Assembly: GCA_002329295.1 (NCBI GenBank) | Contig: DCTT01000026.1 | Span: 348,054-406,857, forward strand | DNA length: 58,804 bases | Reading direction: 5' to 3' | From: Eubacteriaceae bacterium UBA1433 | GTDB lineage: Bacteria; Bacillota; Clostridia; Eubacteriales; UBA1433 | Shown: piece after piece, positions 12,054-23,258 of the stretch | Layout: each line of letters starts with the position of its first letter | How positions within the stretch are numbered: position 1 is the first letter of the stretch | The notes under the pieces: generated by a model | Database searches by the model: none | What the model was told of the DNA's origin: nothing | The model's input: only the letters and a program-made list of their open reading frames with translations | Made by a program: the position numbers and the translations under genes

Positions 12054-12905
12054 TTAACAAAATTCCGTGAAAAACGTCTGTTCATATTGCAAACGCATTT
12101 TCTGATATGCATTATAACACATTTTTTCCGATGCAAACACAGCAAATATAGCGGAGCCGCTACCGGTCATCAGCGAAGCGATGGCGCCGTTTTCTATACA
12201 GGCTTCTTTGATCTTTGCAATTTCTGCCTTTTGCGCCATGTTTTTTTCAAAAGTGTTGACCGTATAGTGTTGAATTGTCACAGGGTCGTTTTGTAAATAG
12301 CCTTGATATAGCTCCTCTACCTTGCTGTTTTTTGAAAACAATTCGGGTCTCAAGTTTTCGTAGGCCTCTTTTGTGGAAACGCCAAAGGGCGGCTTGATAA
12401 TCAAGACTTCTCTCTGTAGTGCCGGATAGATCGGCGTTATTTTTTCGCCAATCCCTTCCACTTTTGCCGTTTGTCCTCGGATAAAAAACGGCACGTCCGC
12501 ACCCACGCGAATTGCCAAAGCACACTTATCTTTATAAGATAAATGTGTTTCGAACAACTTGTCCAATCCTTCAATGACCGCAGCGCCATTGCTGCTGCTG
12601 CCGCCCAAACCCGCTTTGTGCGGGATGTTTTTTTGCAAAAAAATCTCGACGCCGGCTTTGATTGCCGTATGCTCAAAAAACAGCTCCGCCGCCTTTTTTG
12701 CGGTATTATTCTCAATTTCCCGATTCAGCTCCACCCAATTTGTTTCCACGAAAACCCCACTGCTCACCGCGCGCAGCGTAACCTCATCATGGAGCGCTAC
12801 TCGCTGCATCAACGTTGAAATGCGGTGATAGCCGTTAGGCAGTCTTCCTAAAACATGAAGACATAAATTAATTTTTGCATAAGATTTTTCCACCAATTCA
12901 TTCAT
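12054..12905 (-). CDS. ispE: 4-(cytidine 5'-diphospho)-2-C-methyl-D-erythritol kinase
   Basis: AKINLCL, GYH, KNIPHKAGLGGSSSN, GADVPFF, MTGSGS motifs. Confidence 0.95.
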   Translation of the reverse strand: MNELVEKSYAKINLCLHVLGRLPNGYHRISTLMQRVALHDEVTLRAVSSGVFVETNWVELNREIENNTAKKAAELFFEHTAIKAGVEIFLQKNIPHKAGLGGSSSNGAAVIEGLDKLFETHLSYKDKCALAIRVGADVPFFIRGQTAKVEGIGEKITPIYPALQREVLIIKPPFGVSTKEAYENLRPELFSKNSKVEELYQGYLQNDPVTIQHYTVNTFEKNMAQKAEIAKIKEACIENGAIASLMTGSGSAIFAVFASEKMCYNAYQKMRLQYEQTFFTEFC

Positions 12906-15900
12906 CAGCATCCCCCGCCGTACCCACAATAATGTTTTCGCCCATATTAATAAAACATAAGATACCTATTGTATTCCTTGTTTTTGTAATCGCTTCATAG
13001 GCCTTTTGATAATATCGCAATTGTGTCCTATAAGGCGCAATGCGCTCTTTTCTGTTTTCCGGTCGGTAATAATCAGTCTTATAATCTATGATATAGTCTA
13101 CACCTTGATAGGTTGCCACACAATCTATAATTCCTTGAATATATACATGCTCCCCGCTGTCCAAGCACATATTTTCATAAACTTCTTTTGCGTTTGCCCG
13201 ATAATAAAATTCCACTTCACGCTGTACACGCTCTGCCTGCAAGATAATTTGCCCCGCCTCGGAAGTCCAAAAATCCGCCAACTTATCTGTTTCGATTGCC
13301 TGCGCTTCCTGCTTGCTGATAATCTTCTCTGCAATCAAGCGATTCAGATATTCTTTGATGATTTCCTCATACCGGTTTGTTTTTTTCAGCATTTCCAAAT
13401 CAATGGTTTCCATAAGGTAATGGACGATCAAGCCTCTGCGCATCGGCAAAATATTGTTTTCTTCCTCAGCAGCAAAGTCCGCATATTTTTTTACAAAGGG
13501 CTGTCCGGCTTGTTTCAACTCGCTTACGGTTATTTTTTGCGCAATTTGCGTACTTGCCTCATAAGGATAACGCCAAAGCAGACGGCGTATTTCTTCCTTT
13601 GTTAAAGGTTGCGCGTCCTGGTTTAAATAATCCAAAACGGCTTTTCTTTCCATTTGCATCTCGTCTTTTTCCTGCAACAACAAATCACTGTGCAACGTAA
13701 CGTCAAAAACGCTTTTGTCTTTGGACACACTTTCTTGCATGGCCGCACTCATAATCCAATCCAAAAACGTAACGGTCCTTTGCACTTGATAGGTACTGAT
13801 CTTTTCTGACCATGACGCCATTTTTTTCTCTGCCGTTTTCTCAGACAGCAATCCGGTGATAATCAGCCGCTCTTCCGCACGGCTCAGCGCCACATACAGC
13901 AACCGCATTTGCTCCGAGGTTATGTCATTTTTCACTGCTTCCTTTGCGGCAATCTTTGCAAGGCTGTCGCATTTATATCCGTTTTCCACATCACAGTAGG
14001 TAATGCCCACGCCCATGTGCTTATGCAAAATAAGCTCTTTTCGCAAGTCCGCTCTGTTGAATCGTTTCGATGTCCTGCCCAAAATCACCACAGGAAACTC
14101 CAGCCCTTTGCTTTTGTGAATGCTCATCATGCGAACCGCATTTTGCCTTTGGATAAAAAGCGACGGCGCGCCGATATCCGTTTGCGCAGCCTTGACCTTT
14201 TCCACAAATCGAATAAAACCGAACACTCCCTGCATGGTTCCTTTTTCATATTCTCGGGCAATGTGCAACAGAGAATGCAAGTTTTCGCTCCGCAGCCTGC
14301 CCCCCTCCATCATGGCAACATAGTCGCACAAACCGGTTTCGTCATAAATATCCAATAACAAATCATAGATCCCGATATGTTTGCTTTTTTCTCTGCAGGA
14401 TTCAATAAATCGATAGAGAGCATGTAATTTTTCGCTAAGCGCATCGGTAAAACATCGTCGATATTCATCAATGGCCTCATAAAAGAAATGTTGTTTTGTA
14501 TGTTGCCGAATTTGCAACAATTCCGCCAAGTCGAAACCAAACAACAGCGAACGCATAACGGCCAACAGCGCAATATCTTGCTGGTCGTTGTCTATGACCG
14601 TCAAAAGATTCATCACCAAATCCACTTCCATATTGTCAAAGTAGCCCTTGCCCGCATCAAAAAACAACGGGATTTTTTGTTGCCTGAATATTTCGACATA
14701 ACCTGCCGCATCCGTCGAAGGACTGGCTAACAGCACCACAATATCCCCGTAGCGAATTTTGCGCATTTTTTGTTCTTTTTTGTCAAAAATTTCTTGTTGC
14801 AGTAAGCTTTTAATGGTGGTCGCTGTCCCTAAAGCCTCCTTTTGTGCACTTTCCAACTCTGCAAAAACATCTTCGTCCTCCGCAGCATCTTGCTTATCGC
14901 TGCAAAAAAGGTGAATCTCCGTTTTAACGGTTGCCTCCAAATCTTTTCTGGCAAAAACCAACTTGGCATGTTCGTCATAATCCACGCCACCCGTCTGTTT
15001 TCGCATAATGGGCTCAAAAACAGCATTGATCCCATTGATGACACTTTGCGCACTTCTGAAATTTTGGTTGAGATGAATCACTTCGCCGTTTTCTTCTTTT
15101 TGTTGAAACCGCTCATATTTTTCACGGAAGATATCCGCGTCCGCCAGTCGAAAACGATAGATGCTCTGTTTGATATCGCCTACCATAAACAAGTTGCTTC
15201 CCGTACTCAGGTTTTTCAATATTGCTTCCTGCAACATGCTGATATCTTGATATTCATCAATAAAGATGTACTCATACTGGTCTTTGATTTCCCGGGAAAT
15301 GTTTTCGTCTTTTAAAATTTGAAGACACAACTGCTCGCAATCGTGAAAAGTAATCGCTTTTTTCTTCGCTTTGCGCTTTTTATATTCCTCTGCAAAGCTT
15401 TGAGTCATTTCTTTGAGGCATTTTAGCACATTGAGAAGTTTTGCATTTTCCTTCTCTGCCTTTTGAACGCTGTAAGTTCCCCAAAGGCACAGTTCTTTTT
15501 TTAGAATATCTCTGGCGGCTTCACGATATCTTTTGACTTGCTCCTTTGTTTGTATATCGGTTTCTTTCGGAAAGCGCAGCGTTGTGGTGCCACGGTTCAC
15601 TGCCAGATCATATTCTCTTTGAAAGCTGTCCCATCCTCTTTGCAGCGCATCGGCAAGGTCCTGAAATTGTCGTTGTTCGCCAAGAAGAATCTCTTGCTTC
15701 TCTTTCGGCAAAACCGGTTCGGCCCATTCCACCGCTCTGCTTTGCAAATGCAACGCTTCGTCGAGCAATTGCTCAACCGTCACTGTCAAAAATTGCACCC
15801 ATTTGCTTTTTGTCAAATCCTTTGCTTTGTCATAATACTCTATTTCGTCCTGCAGCCAATCCAATCCTTCCGGCCTGCTCATGGCGTAATCATATATTTC

Positions 15901-16494
15901 TAAAATCATATCGCCCATCGCCAAGGGTTTTCTGAAAGGCGTATACATTTCATACACTGCTAAAAACGCTTCGTCTTCCCGAGACAAAAAGAATTCCAAC
16001 ACTTCTCGCATCGTCTCTTCGCGCAACAACACTTCTTCGGCTCCTTGCAAAATGGTAAAATCCGGCGCAATATCAAGAATATGAAAGTAGCTGCGAATCA
16101 TTTTCATGCAAAAGGCGTGCAGCGTACTGATATCCGCACCGTTGAGATACATCAACTGTTCTTTGAGATGCGGCGAATTGATTTGCTCGGTGTAGATTAA
16201 TTCGCTGATTGCGCTTTGTATTCTTTTTTGCATCTGTGCCGCCGCCGCATTGGTAAAGGTCGCCAACAACATCTTGCGAATATCTTTTTCGTGCAGCAAA
16301 AGAAGCGCCACGATACGCTGCACCAGCACAAAGGTTTTGCCGCTGCCCGCGGCAGCCGAAACCAATATATCTCTTTGTGCCTTCGGAGCAACTTCTACGG
16401 CATATCGTTGTTTTGAAGTCATTTTGCTCCAGGTTTTTTGCAGCGCTTCTTCTGTTTGTCTCTGCGTTTTTTCTTTTGCGTTAGATGGATTCAT
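12898..16494 (-). CDS. addA: AddA helicase/nuclease subunit
   Basis: AAAGSGKT Walker A, IDEYQD, VGDIKQSIYRFR, SIHKSKGLEF, C-terminal GIID..IDYKT nuclease; 1198 aa. Confidence 0.97.
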   Translation of the reverse strand: MNPSNAKEKTQRQTEEALQKTWSKMTSKQRYAVEVAPKAQRDILVSAAAGSGKTFVLVQRIVALLLLHEKDIRKMLLATFTNAAAAQMQKRIQSAISELIYTEQINSPHLKEQLMYLNGADISTLHAFCMKMIRSYFHILDIAPDFTILQGAEEVLLREETMREVLEFFLSREDEAFLAVYEMYTPFRKPLAMGDMILEIYDYAMSRPEGLDWLQDEIEYYDKAKDLTKSKWVQFLTVTVEQLLDEALHLQSRAVEWAEPVLPKEKQEILLGEQRQFQDLADALQRGWDSFQREYDLAVNRGTTTLRFPKETDIQTKEQVKRYREAARDILKKELCLWGTYSVQKAEKENAKLLNVLKCLKEMTQSFAEEYKKRKAKKKAITFHDCEQLCLQILKDENISREIKDQYEYIFIDEYQDISMLQEAILKNLSTGSNLFMVGDIKQSIYRFRLADADIFREKYERFQQKEENGEVIHLNQNFRSAQSVINGINAVFEPIMRKQTGGVDYDEHAKLVFARKDLEATVKTEIHLFCSDKQDAAEDEDVFAELESAQKEALGTATTIKSLLQQEIFDKKEQKMRKIRYGDIVVLLASPSTDAAGYVEIFRQQKIPLFFDAGKGYFDNMEVDLVMNLLTVIDNDQQDIALLAVMRSLLFGFDLAELLQIRQHTKQHFFYEAIDEYRRCFTDALSEKLHALYRFIESCREKSKHIGIYDLLLDIYDETGLCDYVAMMEGGRLRSENLHSLLHIAREYEKGTMQGVFGFIRFVEKVKAAQTDIGAPSLFIQRQNAVRMMSIHKSKGLEFPVVILGRTSKRFNRADLRKELILHKHMGVGITYCDVENGYKCDSLAKIAAKEAVKNDITSEQMRLLYVALSRAEERLIITGLLSEKTAEKKMASWSEKISTYQVQRTVTFLDWIMSAAMQESVSKDKSVFDVTLHSDLLLQEKDEMQMERKAVLDYLNQDAQPLTKEEIRRLLWRYPYEASTQIAQKITVSELKQAGQPFVKKYADFAAEEENNILPMRRGLIVHYLMETIDLEMLKKTNRYEEIIKEYLNRLIAEKIISKQEAQAIETDKLADFWTSEAGQIILQAERVQREVEFYYRANAKEVYENMCLDSGEHVYIQGIIDCVATYQGVDYIIDYKTDYYRPENRKERIAPYRTQLRYYQKAYEAITKTRNTIGILCFINMGENIIVGTAGDADE
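15287..15300. promoter_or_regulatory. Noc-binding site (NBS), perfect 14-bp palindrome inside addA
   Basis: ATTTCCCGGGAAAT is identical to the B. subtilis NBS consensus. Confidence 0.75.
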
Positions 16495-19400
16495 CCGTTT
16501 TCATCCCTTCTTCTATTTTTTCAAGAAAGGTCTTTTTGTTCAGTTTCTCTACACGTCTATATCGCACGTTCTCACAAACATCATTGAACTTGCAAATCCC
16601 TCGATAGAGGCAGCGTTCACAAGAATGCTTATAGGGCCTCGGCGCCACAATCCCCGATAAAATGTCTTTGGCAAACCCTTTGGAACATTCGGCGCTGTAG
16701 CGTAACATTTTGTCCATTTCTTCCTTGCTCATTATGTTGTCAGTATTTTGAAGTCTTTCTTCTTTTTTTGAATACGTTACTTTTGTCAAATTTTTAAAGT
16801 CTTGATCCATTGCAGCTACAATTTCCACATCATCCACCGCCAATCCCACCAGGCGCATTTCTTCATCTCGCGCTTGTTGCAATGCTTCAAGGTGTGCGGG
16901 AAAAGCAATGTCCTGGTCAAAGGAGACGATCGGATGATGCAATTTATAATAAAACATTCCGGCGGGCAAATGATTGTCATCCGCCGCAAGACAAGCTTGC
17001 ATATAAAAGTTCAGCTGCAAATCCAGGCCGTGATATATATGCGAATAATTGATGTCTTTGTTTCCTGTCTTGTAATCAATCACCTTGCAATAGATTTTTC
17101 CCTGTCGTTCATACACATCCAAACGGTCAATTTTTCCCTCTACGCTCACATCGTAGCCCTCCACATTTCCCAAATATACGCCCGGCAACGGTTGGTTGTT
17201 GCCAAAGCCGATTTCGCTTCCCGCAATATCGAATTTTCCTTCGCTTAGATGTACAATCATTTTTTCCAGGGATTTTTGCGCCGCTCGCTTGAGTCCTTTT
17301 AACATTGCCGCATTCAAGGCATCACTGCCGAACACGTCGTTTTTAAAATCTCTTTCTTCCTGGGCGATAATTTCTTCCACAAGACGGTTCACTTCATCAG
17401 AACTCATGGCGCGTACGTCCACCTCGTTGGTCAAAATGTGTTCCGTAAAAATTTGTCCGATATGATGCATAAAAATCCCGATGTCCAGTGAACTGATTTC
17501 CCATATTTCACGTTTTTGGGGTTTGAGGATATAACGCACAAAGTATTCAAAAGGACAACCGGCATAGGTTTGCATATTGCTTGCGCTGATTTCAAAGGGG
17601 TCGGAAAAAACCTGACGCATTTGCTCGGGCGTTATATTTTCTATTTTGTTCTCCGCTGCAACAGCCCGACTCAGACGTCGGATTTTTTCAGCATATTGCT
17701 TCTCTACTTTGTACCAAGCAAAGAGACTCCTTGTTTTTTCTTCTGGTTGTGTTTTGTTTTGGATGCAATTGCTTATTTTTTGCACCATGCGATGATATGT
17801 GCCTTGTTGGTTGGAAACAGCCATTGCATCTATATCATCGTCTTGTATGTCAATATCGAACATTTTCGCTACGCTTTCTGCCACAAAACTCATTTCAAGA
17901 CCTTCTCCCGCCTCATTGATGAGCGGTGCGCTGATGATTAAGCGATGCAAAGGTTTTGACAATGTATTATAGATATAAAAGCGCTCTTTTACGCTATGAT
18001 TTTCCGCTTCTCCCAGCAAATCCAGTCCCGCTTTTGTCAATTCTCTTTTTTCACGCTGCGTAAAAATCCCTTCCGACGTCAACCCTTTTGGCATAACTCC
18101 CTCATTGGCGCCCACCACAATGGCTACGGCAATATCTGACGTTCGGCTGCGGGCAAAGTCGCCCAATATCACGCAATCGGATGCCACCGGCAAAATCCCT
18201 GCCTGCTGACTCAAAACAGACTGTTTCAAAACCTGGTGAAATTCTTCTATCTGCGCCGGCTGCCCTTTTAAAAAGAAGGCAATAAACGTCAAACTCTCTT
18301 GCACAATGCCGATAATTTGCTCCTCGATGGAACTGTGTACATACAACGCCTGCTCTTCGCAGAACTTTTTATTTTGCGCAGTTTTTTCAGCCACGCAAGG
18401 CTCGGCAAGAATTTTAAAGAAAACCTCCGCAAAATCATCATAGGTTTTGGCCTGCTTCAGTTGCTCCTGCCACACAAGAACTTCTTGTGCAAACACCTCT
18501 CTGTCCCGGTTGATTTCCGCCAGAGCTTGTTCGTCCTCTCGGCTCGTTTTCCAAAATTCTTCAAAGTAGGCTCGCCCTTTGATGCCGTAGCGCAACACGT
18601 AATTTTCCAATCGATTGATTTGTTCATCGCTCAAGGCCGTGTAGCCCGATTTTAAATAGGCAAATACGTCCGTATAAGCAAACGCATCTCGCTCAAACAT
18701 CTGCAATAACGCAAAGAGCATGCGCACCAAAGCATTTTGCTCAATATCATATTTTTCATCAATAAACAGTGGAATGTTGTATGCTGCAAAAACCTCCTTC
18801 GCCAAGGGTCGATAGGCATCCAAATCATTGGTAAACAAGGCAATGTCCCGATATCGCAGCTCTTTCATCTGTACAAATTCCAATACTTTTTCCGCCGCCA
18901 AAATCATTTCACGGCGCAATGTACTCGTTTTGATAATTTGAGGAACTTCTTCTTTATCAAATTTTTTGCTTTGTACCGTTTGATATTGAAACAGGTTTTG
19001 TTCCAAGTATTCCATGGCTTGCGTGCTGTTTTTCTTGTCTTGAAGATGGATGGTTTGCGTTTGCACGTTGTGCTTTTGCGCACAAGCCAACAAATCCTCT
19101 CGCAGTTTTTTTGTCAGCGCAAAGACTTCTCGGCCGTTTTCCTCTTCATAGGTGATGGCCACTGTCATGGCACTGGCTTGTGTCATGATTTTTTCAAGCA
19201 AATGTACCCGTTGTTTGTCCAATGTATGAAATCCGTCCACATACACACAGGTCGATAAAAAGCTCTGCTGCTTTTGCACTTCTGCCGCCGCTTGCTCCAT
19301 CATATCTTCGACATCACAGTATCCTTGATGGATATATTCTTCATAGGCCTGATAAATACGTGCAATTTCCGCTATTTTTTGCTGCAATCCCTCTCCCTTT

Positions 19401-19819
19401 GCCAAATCGTGCAACTGCGAGGGCTTCATTCGGTTTTTTTTCATTTCTAAGATGCATTGATACATCATTTCACAAAATCCGTCATGCCTCCAACTTCTAG
19501 CAAAGACTTTCAGTGAGGGCGCTACGTCCATTAAAATTTTTTTCAAAATTACCAATGCCGCTTTTTTGCTCAAAGGTTGCATTGCCATCGTGCCGATTTT
19601 GCTGAGCAATTGATAGGCAAGGCGAGAAAAACTTACCACATGCACCCCGATTACGCCGTCGCTTTGCAAATAGTCAATCAACTCTTTTTCTGCCTGGAAG
19701 CTGTATTGTTCGGGCACAATCAAATAAATCTCACGGTTTTTTTTGATGTCTTCCGCGATTTTTGCATAGATTGCTCTGCTTTTTCCGCTTCCTTGCCGAC
19801 CGGTAATCAGTGTGAACAT
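16481..19819 (-). CDS. addB: AddB nuclease subunit with Fe-S staple
   Basis: GRQGSGKS, VYVDGF, CPF..., GKIDR..IDYKTG, C-terminal CxxCx5C; overlaps the addA start. Confidence 0.96.
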   Translation of the reverse strand: MFTLITGRQGSGKSRAIYAKIAEDIKKNREIYLIVPEQYSFQAEKELIDYLQSDGVIGVHVVSFSRLAYQLLSKIGTMAMQPLSKKAALVILKKILMDVAPSLKVFARSWRHDGFCEMMYQCILEMKKNRMKPSQLHDLAKGEGLQQKIAEIARIYQAYEEYIHQGYCDVEDMMEQAAAEVQKQQSFLSTCVYVDGFHTLDKQRVHLLEKIMTQASAMTVAITYEEENGREVFALTKKLREDLLACAQKHNVQTQTIHLQDKKNSTQAMEYLEQNLFQYQTVQSKKFDKEEVPQIIKTSTLRREMILAAEKVLEFVQMKELRYRDIALFTNDLDAYRPLAKEVFAAYNIPLFIDEKYDIEQNALVRMLFALLQMFERDAFAYTDVFAYLKSGYTALSDEQINRLENYVLRYGIKGRAYFEEFWKTSREDEQALAEINRDREVFAQEVLVWQEQLKQAKTYDDFAEVFFKILAEPCVAEKTAQNKKFCEEQALYVHSSIEEQIIGIVQESLTFIAFFLKGQPAQIEEFHQVLKQSVLSQQAGILPVASDCVILGDFARSRTSDIAVAIVVGANEGVMPKGLTSEGIFTQREKRELTKAGLDLLGEAENHSVKERFYIYNTLSKPLHRLIISAPLINEAGEGLEMSFVAESVAKMFDIDIQDDDIDAMAVSNQQGTYHRMVQKISNCIQNKTQPEEKTRSLFAWYKVEKQYAEKIRRLSRAVAAENKIENITPEQMRQVFSDPFEISASNMQTYAGCPFEYFVRYILKPQKREIWEISSLDIGIFMHHIGQIFTEHILTNEVDVRAMSSDEVNRLVEEIIAQEERDFKNDVFGSDALNAAMLKGLKRAAQKSLEKMIVHLSEGKFDIAGSEIGFGNNQPLPGVYLGNVEGYDVSVEGKIDRLDVYERQGKIYCKVIDYKTGNKDINYSHIYHGLDLQLNFYMQACLAADDNHLPAGMFYYKLHHPIVSFDQDIAFPAHLEALQQARDEEMRLVGLAVDDVEIVAAMDQDFKNLTKVTYSKKEERLQNTDNIMSKEEMDKMLRYSAECSKGFAKDILSGIVAPRPYKHSCERCLYRGICKFNDVCENVRYRRVEKLNKKTFLEKIEEGMKTDESI

Positions 19820-20002
19820 GCTTCTCCTCGTTCTTTTTTTATCTTTATCATACCATAGATATTCCTTTCCTCACCATCGATTTACAGTCAATTGCCACTT
19901 TTTCTTTTTTGTGTTTTACAAAACAAAACGCATTGTTGTTTTGCACTGCTTTTTTTGTTACTATGAGAATATCTTTTACAAAAATCAAAACGGAGATTTT
20001 TG

Positions 20003-22066
20003 ATGAGCACTCTTCGTATTCCGGAAATTTTAGCACCCGCAGGCAATATGGAATCCTTGCTGGCCGCCATAGACAGCGGCGCAGATGCCGTATACTTTGG
20101 TGGCAAGTATTTAAACGCACGACGCAACGCCGCCAACTTCGCAGAAGATCAAGCGGTGTGTGATGCTGTTGATTTGTGTCATCTCTATGGCGTCAAAGCG
20201 TATTTGACTTTGAACACGCTTTTGTTTGACTCAGAAAATCAACAGGCCATTGATGGCATTGTCCTTGCGTGCAAGGCCGGATTTGATGCAATTATTGCAC
20301 AAGACTGGGGGATTATTTCCTTGGTTCGCCAAATTTGTCCCGATATGCCCATCCACGCTTCTACCCAAATGAGTGTTCACAACCTGGCTGACGCCGATGC
20401 GCTTTGGGAACAAGGTGTTCGTCGCGTGGTTTTGGCACGGGAATTGAGTCGCCGTGAGCTTGCCCGTATCATCAAACACTCTCCGATTGAAACAGAAGTT
20501 TTTGTCCATGGCGCACTCTGCTACAGCGTATCGGGTCAATGCTATTTCAGCGCATTTTTAGGAGAACGCAGCGGCAATCGGGGTCTTTGCGCACAAGTTT
20601 GTCGCCTGCCTTTCGGCGTGAAAGACCCAAACAACTACAGCCTGTCTTTAAAAGATTTGACTTTAATTGATTACGTGGACGAGCTGGCGCAACTGGGTGT
20701 CGTCAGCTTAAAAATCGAAGGCCGCATGAAAAGTCCCCAATATGTAGCCGCTTCCGTTTCTCAATTCAAAAACGCCTTGCAGCACAAAAAATATGACAAA
20801 ACGCAATTGGAAGAGATGTTTTCTCGCAGCGGTTTTACGCAAGGATATTATCTTTCCGCCATTGATGAAACGATGTTCGGCACACGCACAAAACAAGATC
20901 TGCGCAAAACAACCTCTGCGCAAAACAACTGCGAGATCAGCGCTGCCACAAAACAAATACCCGTCGATATTGCTTTTTCCGTTTCTTTGGATGCTGTGAC
21001 AATAACACTTACCGACGAGGACGGCCGCGTTGCCTCGCACCGTCTCAACGGTGCTCAGCCTGCACAAACCCTCCCTCTTACCGATGCGCAAATCAAAACC
21101 CAACTAAGCAAATTGGGCAATACCCCTTTTGTAGCGCGCAATATTGAAGGGACACTGCAGAAAAATTGTTTTCTCCCTGTTTCCGCTCTAAACGAGTTGC
21201 GCCGCGGCGCCGTAACGCGATTGATTCAACTGCGACAAAAAAGACACACCTATACCATGCACCCTCTTTCCAAAAAGCAAAAATTGCCTTATCGCCCCAC
21301 GCAGCCTCCTCAATACACAGCGAGCTTTTATCAACTATCACAACTCAACGACGAGATTTTGCAAAAACTACGTTACGCTTCTGTGGATATTTTTGAATTG
21401 CAAAAAGCTCCGGACGCCTTTTTGCAACAATATCAAGACAAATTGGTTGCCGAATTGCCGCGAATTTATTTTCAGGACGAAAACTTGCTTACAGAGGCAT
21501 TGACACAATTGCATGACCACGGCATCCATTTGGCCAAATGCCACTCCGTCGGCCGCGCTTCTTTGGCGCAAAAAGCGGGATACAGAATTTTGTTCGGTTT
21601 TGGCGTCAATGCAACCAATTCCGAAACCTTGGCGTTTTTATCGAGCTATTCTCCTCTTTATACCACGCTGTCCGTGGAACTTTCCGCAAAACATATACGC
21701 AATCTTCATGCGTCGTCTGCCACTGCTATCATTGCTTACGGCTATTTTCCTCTGATGGCTTCCCGTGCCTGCCCTCTTCAAAGAGAAATCTCCTGCACAC
21801 AATGCCGAAACCAGAAAGGCACCGCATTAATCGACCGCAAGGGCAGACAATTTCCCGTGCTGTGCCGAAAAGACCACATCGAAATTTTAAATTCCGTTCC
21901 CATTTATCTGGCCGACAAACAAGACGCTTTTGCCGTTTCCTTTTTCGAGTTTTTATTTACACAAGAAACACCGCAGCAAATTATGCAAATTCTGACGCAA
22001 TATCATCACCATCTTCCCTGTGCAACTTCTTTTACTCGAGGCACATATTTTCGCACCATCGAATAA
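20003..22066 (+). CDS. Peptidase U32 family, long form (RlhA-like RNA hydroxylase)
   Basis: EILAPAG, GADAVYFG, HASTQ, LAREL, GALCYSVSGQC, SGNRGLCAQVCR, LKIEGR, plus a long C-terminal extension. Confidence 0.85.
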   Translation: MSTLRIPEILAPAGNMESLLAAIDSGADAVYFGGKYLNARRNAANFAEDQAVCDAVDLCHLYGVKAYLTLNTLLFDSENQQAIDGIVLACKAGFDAIIAQDWGIISLVRQICPDMPIHASTQMSVHNLADADALWEQGVRRVVLARELSRRELARIIKHSPIETEVFVHGALCYSVSGQCYFSAFLGERSGNRGLCAQVCRLPFGVKDPNNYSLSLKDLTLIDYVDELAQLGVVSLKIEGRMKSPQYVAASVSQFKNALQHKKYDKTQLEEMFSRSGFTQGYYLSAIDETMFGTRTKQDLRKTTSAQNNCEISAATKQIPVDIAFSVSLDAVTITLTDEDGRVASHRLNGAQPAQTLPLTDAQIKTQLSKLGNTPFVARNIEGTLQKNCFLPVSALNELRRGAVTRLIQLRQKRHTYTMHPLSKKQKLPYRPTQPPQYTASFYQLSQLNDEILQKLRYASVDIFELQKAPDAFLQQYQDKLVAELPRIYFQDENLLTEALTQLHDHGIHLAKCHSVGRASLAQKAGYRILFGFGVNATNSETLAFLSSYSPLYTTLSVELSAKHIRNLHASSATAIIAYGYFPLMASRACPLQREISCTQCRNQKGTALIDRKGRQFPVLCRKDHIEILNSVPIYLADKQDAFAVSFFEFLFTQETPQQIMQILTQYHHHLPCATSFTRGTYFRTIE

Positions 22067-22074
22067 AAGCCATT

Positions 22075-22117
22075 AAAAAAGCACCTTTCGGTCTATACCG
22101 ATCAGGTGCGTTTCTTT
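22075..22117. terminator. Bidirectional intrinsic terminator between U32 gene and LCP gene
   Basis: A-tract, then gcacct-ttcggt/accgat-caggtgc imperfect stem, then T-rich tail. Confidence 0.55.
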
Positions 22118-23159
22118 AAAAATGTCGCTGAATGTACTTGCTGATTTCCTTTACTCTATCACTGGGTTCATACTGATCAATGCCGTAAATCATTTGATGC
22201 AATATCACTACGTTGTCTGTCAGCTGCGTTGGTTTTAAATAATACACTCCTTTGTGCATGCTGTTTTCACCGTGGTTATCAAAGGGAACACGAAAATCTT
22301 CCAAAATAAAAGTGTCTTTGTTTTTATAAAAAGAATACATATACCACACGATTTTCCTGGACTCCATATTGGTTTGAACCATGGGCAGCACTTCTCGATA
22401 TAATTTATAGGCCGTTTTGAGATCAAAGTCAGCTTTGAGTTTGTTGAGCACTTGTGAGAGCACTCGGCGCTGTCGCATCGTTCGCTCCCAGTCTCCGTGC
22501 CCAATGGCACGAACACGACTGTAGCCCAGCGCCTGTCTGCCGTTGAGTGTTTGTATGCCGCCTTCTGTCAGCAGATCCCAGCTTCCGCCCAAAATCTGAC
22601 ACTGCTCCGTAATACAATCATTGACATGCTTTACCTCTTCCGGCTTGATATCAATCTCCACACCACCTACCGCATCCACCAATTGTTCCATAATAGCAAA
22701 ATCCACCGTGGCGTAATACTGAATATTCATATCCAGATTTTGATTCAGCGTTTGCAGGAGTCTTTCTTCACCGCCAAAGGCATAGGCGGCATTGATTTTG
22801 TCATAACGGTTGTTGGGAGGAATGTTCACCGCCAAATCTCGCATCACGGACGTGAGCATCGTTCGACCCGTTTCACTGTCATAAGACAAAATGATAATAA
22901 CGTCAGACCGAGACGGTCCGTCTTTTTTTCTGTCAATACCAATCAATGCAACGTTGAGAACCTTTTCGTTAAAAGAAACGTCCGGAGAAATCAATAAATT
23001 TTCAGCACTGTTGTCAAAGGGACTTTCTTTGATTTCGTTCAACCCCAACGGATCTGCAAAAATCAATACGGCAAACCCCGCAACGACAATGATGCATAAA
23101 ATAAAAATCGCTTTGATCAGCTTTCCAATAAAAGACTTTTTCTTTTTTTTTCTTTTCAA
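22116..23159 (-). CDS. LCP (LytR-CpsA-Psr) family glycopolymer transferase
   Basis: Basic N-terminus and one TM; LIGID, RSDVII, KINAAY, LNGRQALGYSRVR, D..R..RQ motifs. Confidence 0.93.
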   Translation of the reverse strand: MKRKKKKKSFIGKLIKAIFILCIIVVAGFAVLIFADPLGLNEIKESPFDNSAENLLISPDVSFNEKVLNVALIGIDRKKDGPSRSDVIIILSYDSETGRTMLTSVMRDLAVNIPPNNRYDKINAAYAFGGEERLLQTLNQNLDMNIQYYATVDFAIMEQLVDAVGGVEIDIKPEEVKHVNDCITEQCQILGGSWDLLTEGGIQTLNGRQALGYSRVRAIGHGDWERTMRQRRVLSQVLNKLKADFDLKTAYKLYREVLPMVQTNMESRKIVWYMYSFYKNKDTFILEDFRVPFDNHGENSMHKGVYYLKPTQLTDNVVILHQMIYGIDQYEPSDRVKEISKYIQRHF

Positions 23160-23258
23160 ATCGCTACCCTTGTAGTTATTTTGTTTAATGGTATATTATT
23201 TTTTTGTTGCCCTGCCAAGCGTTCTATCAATTTGTTGCTTGCTGTCGAGGCAACGTTT

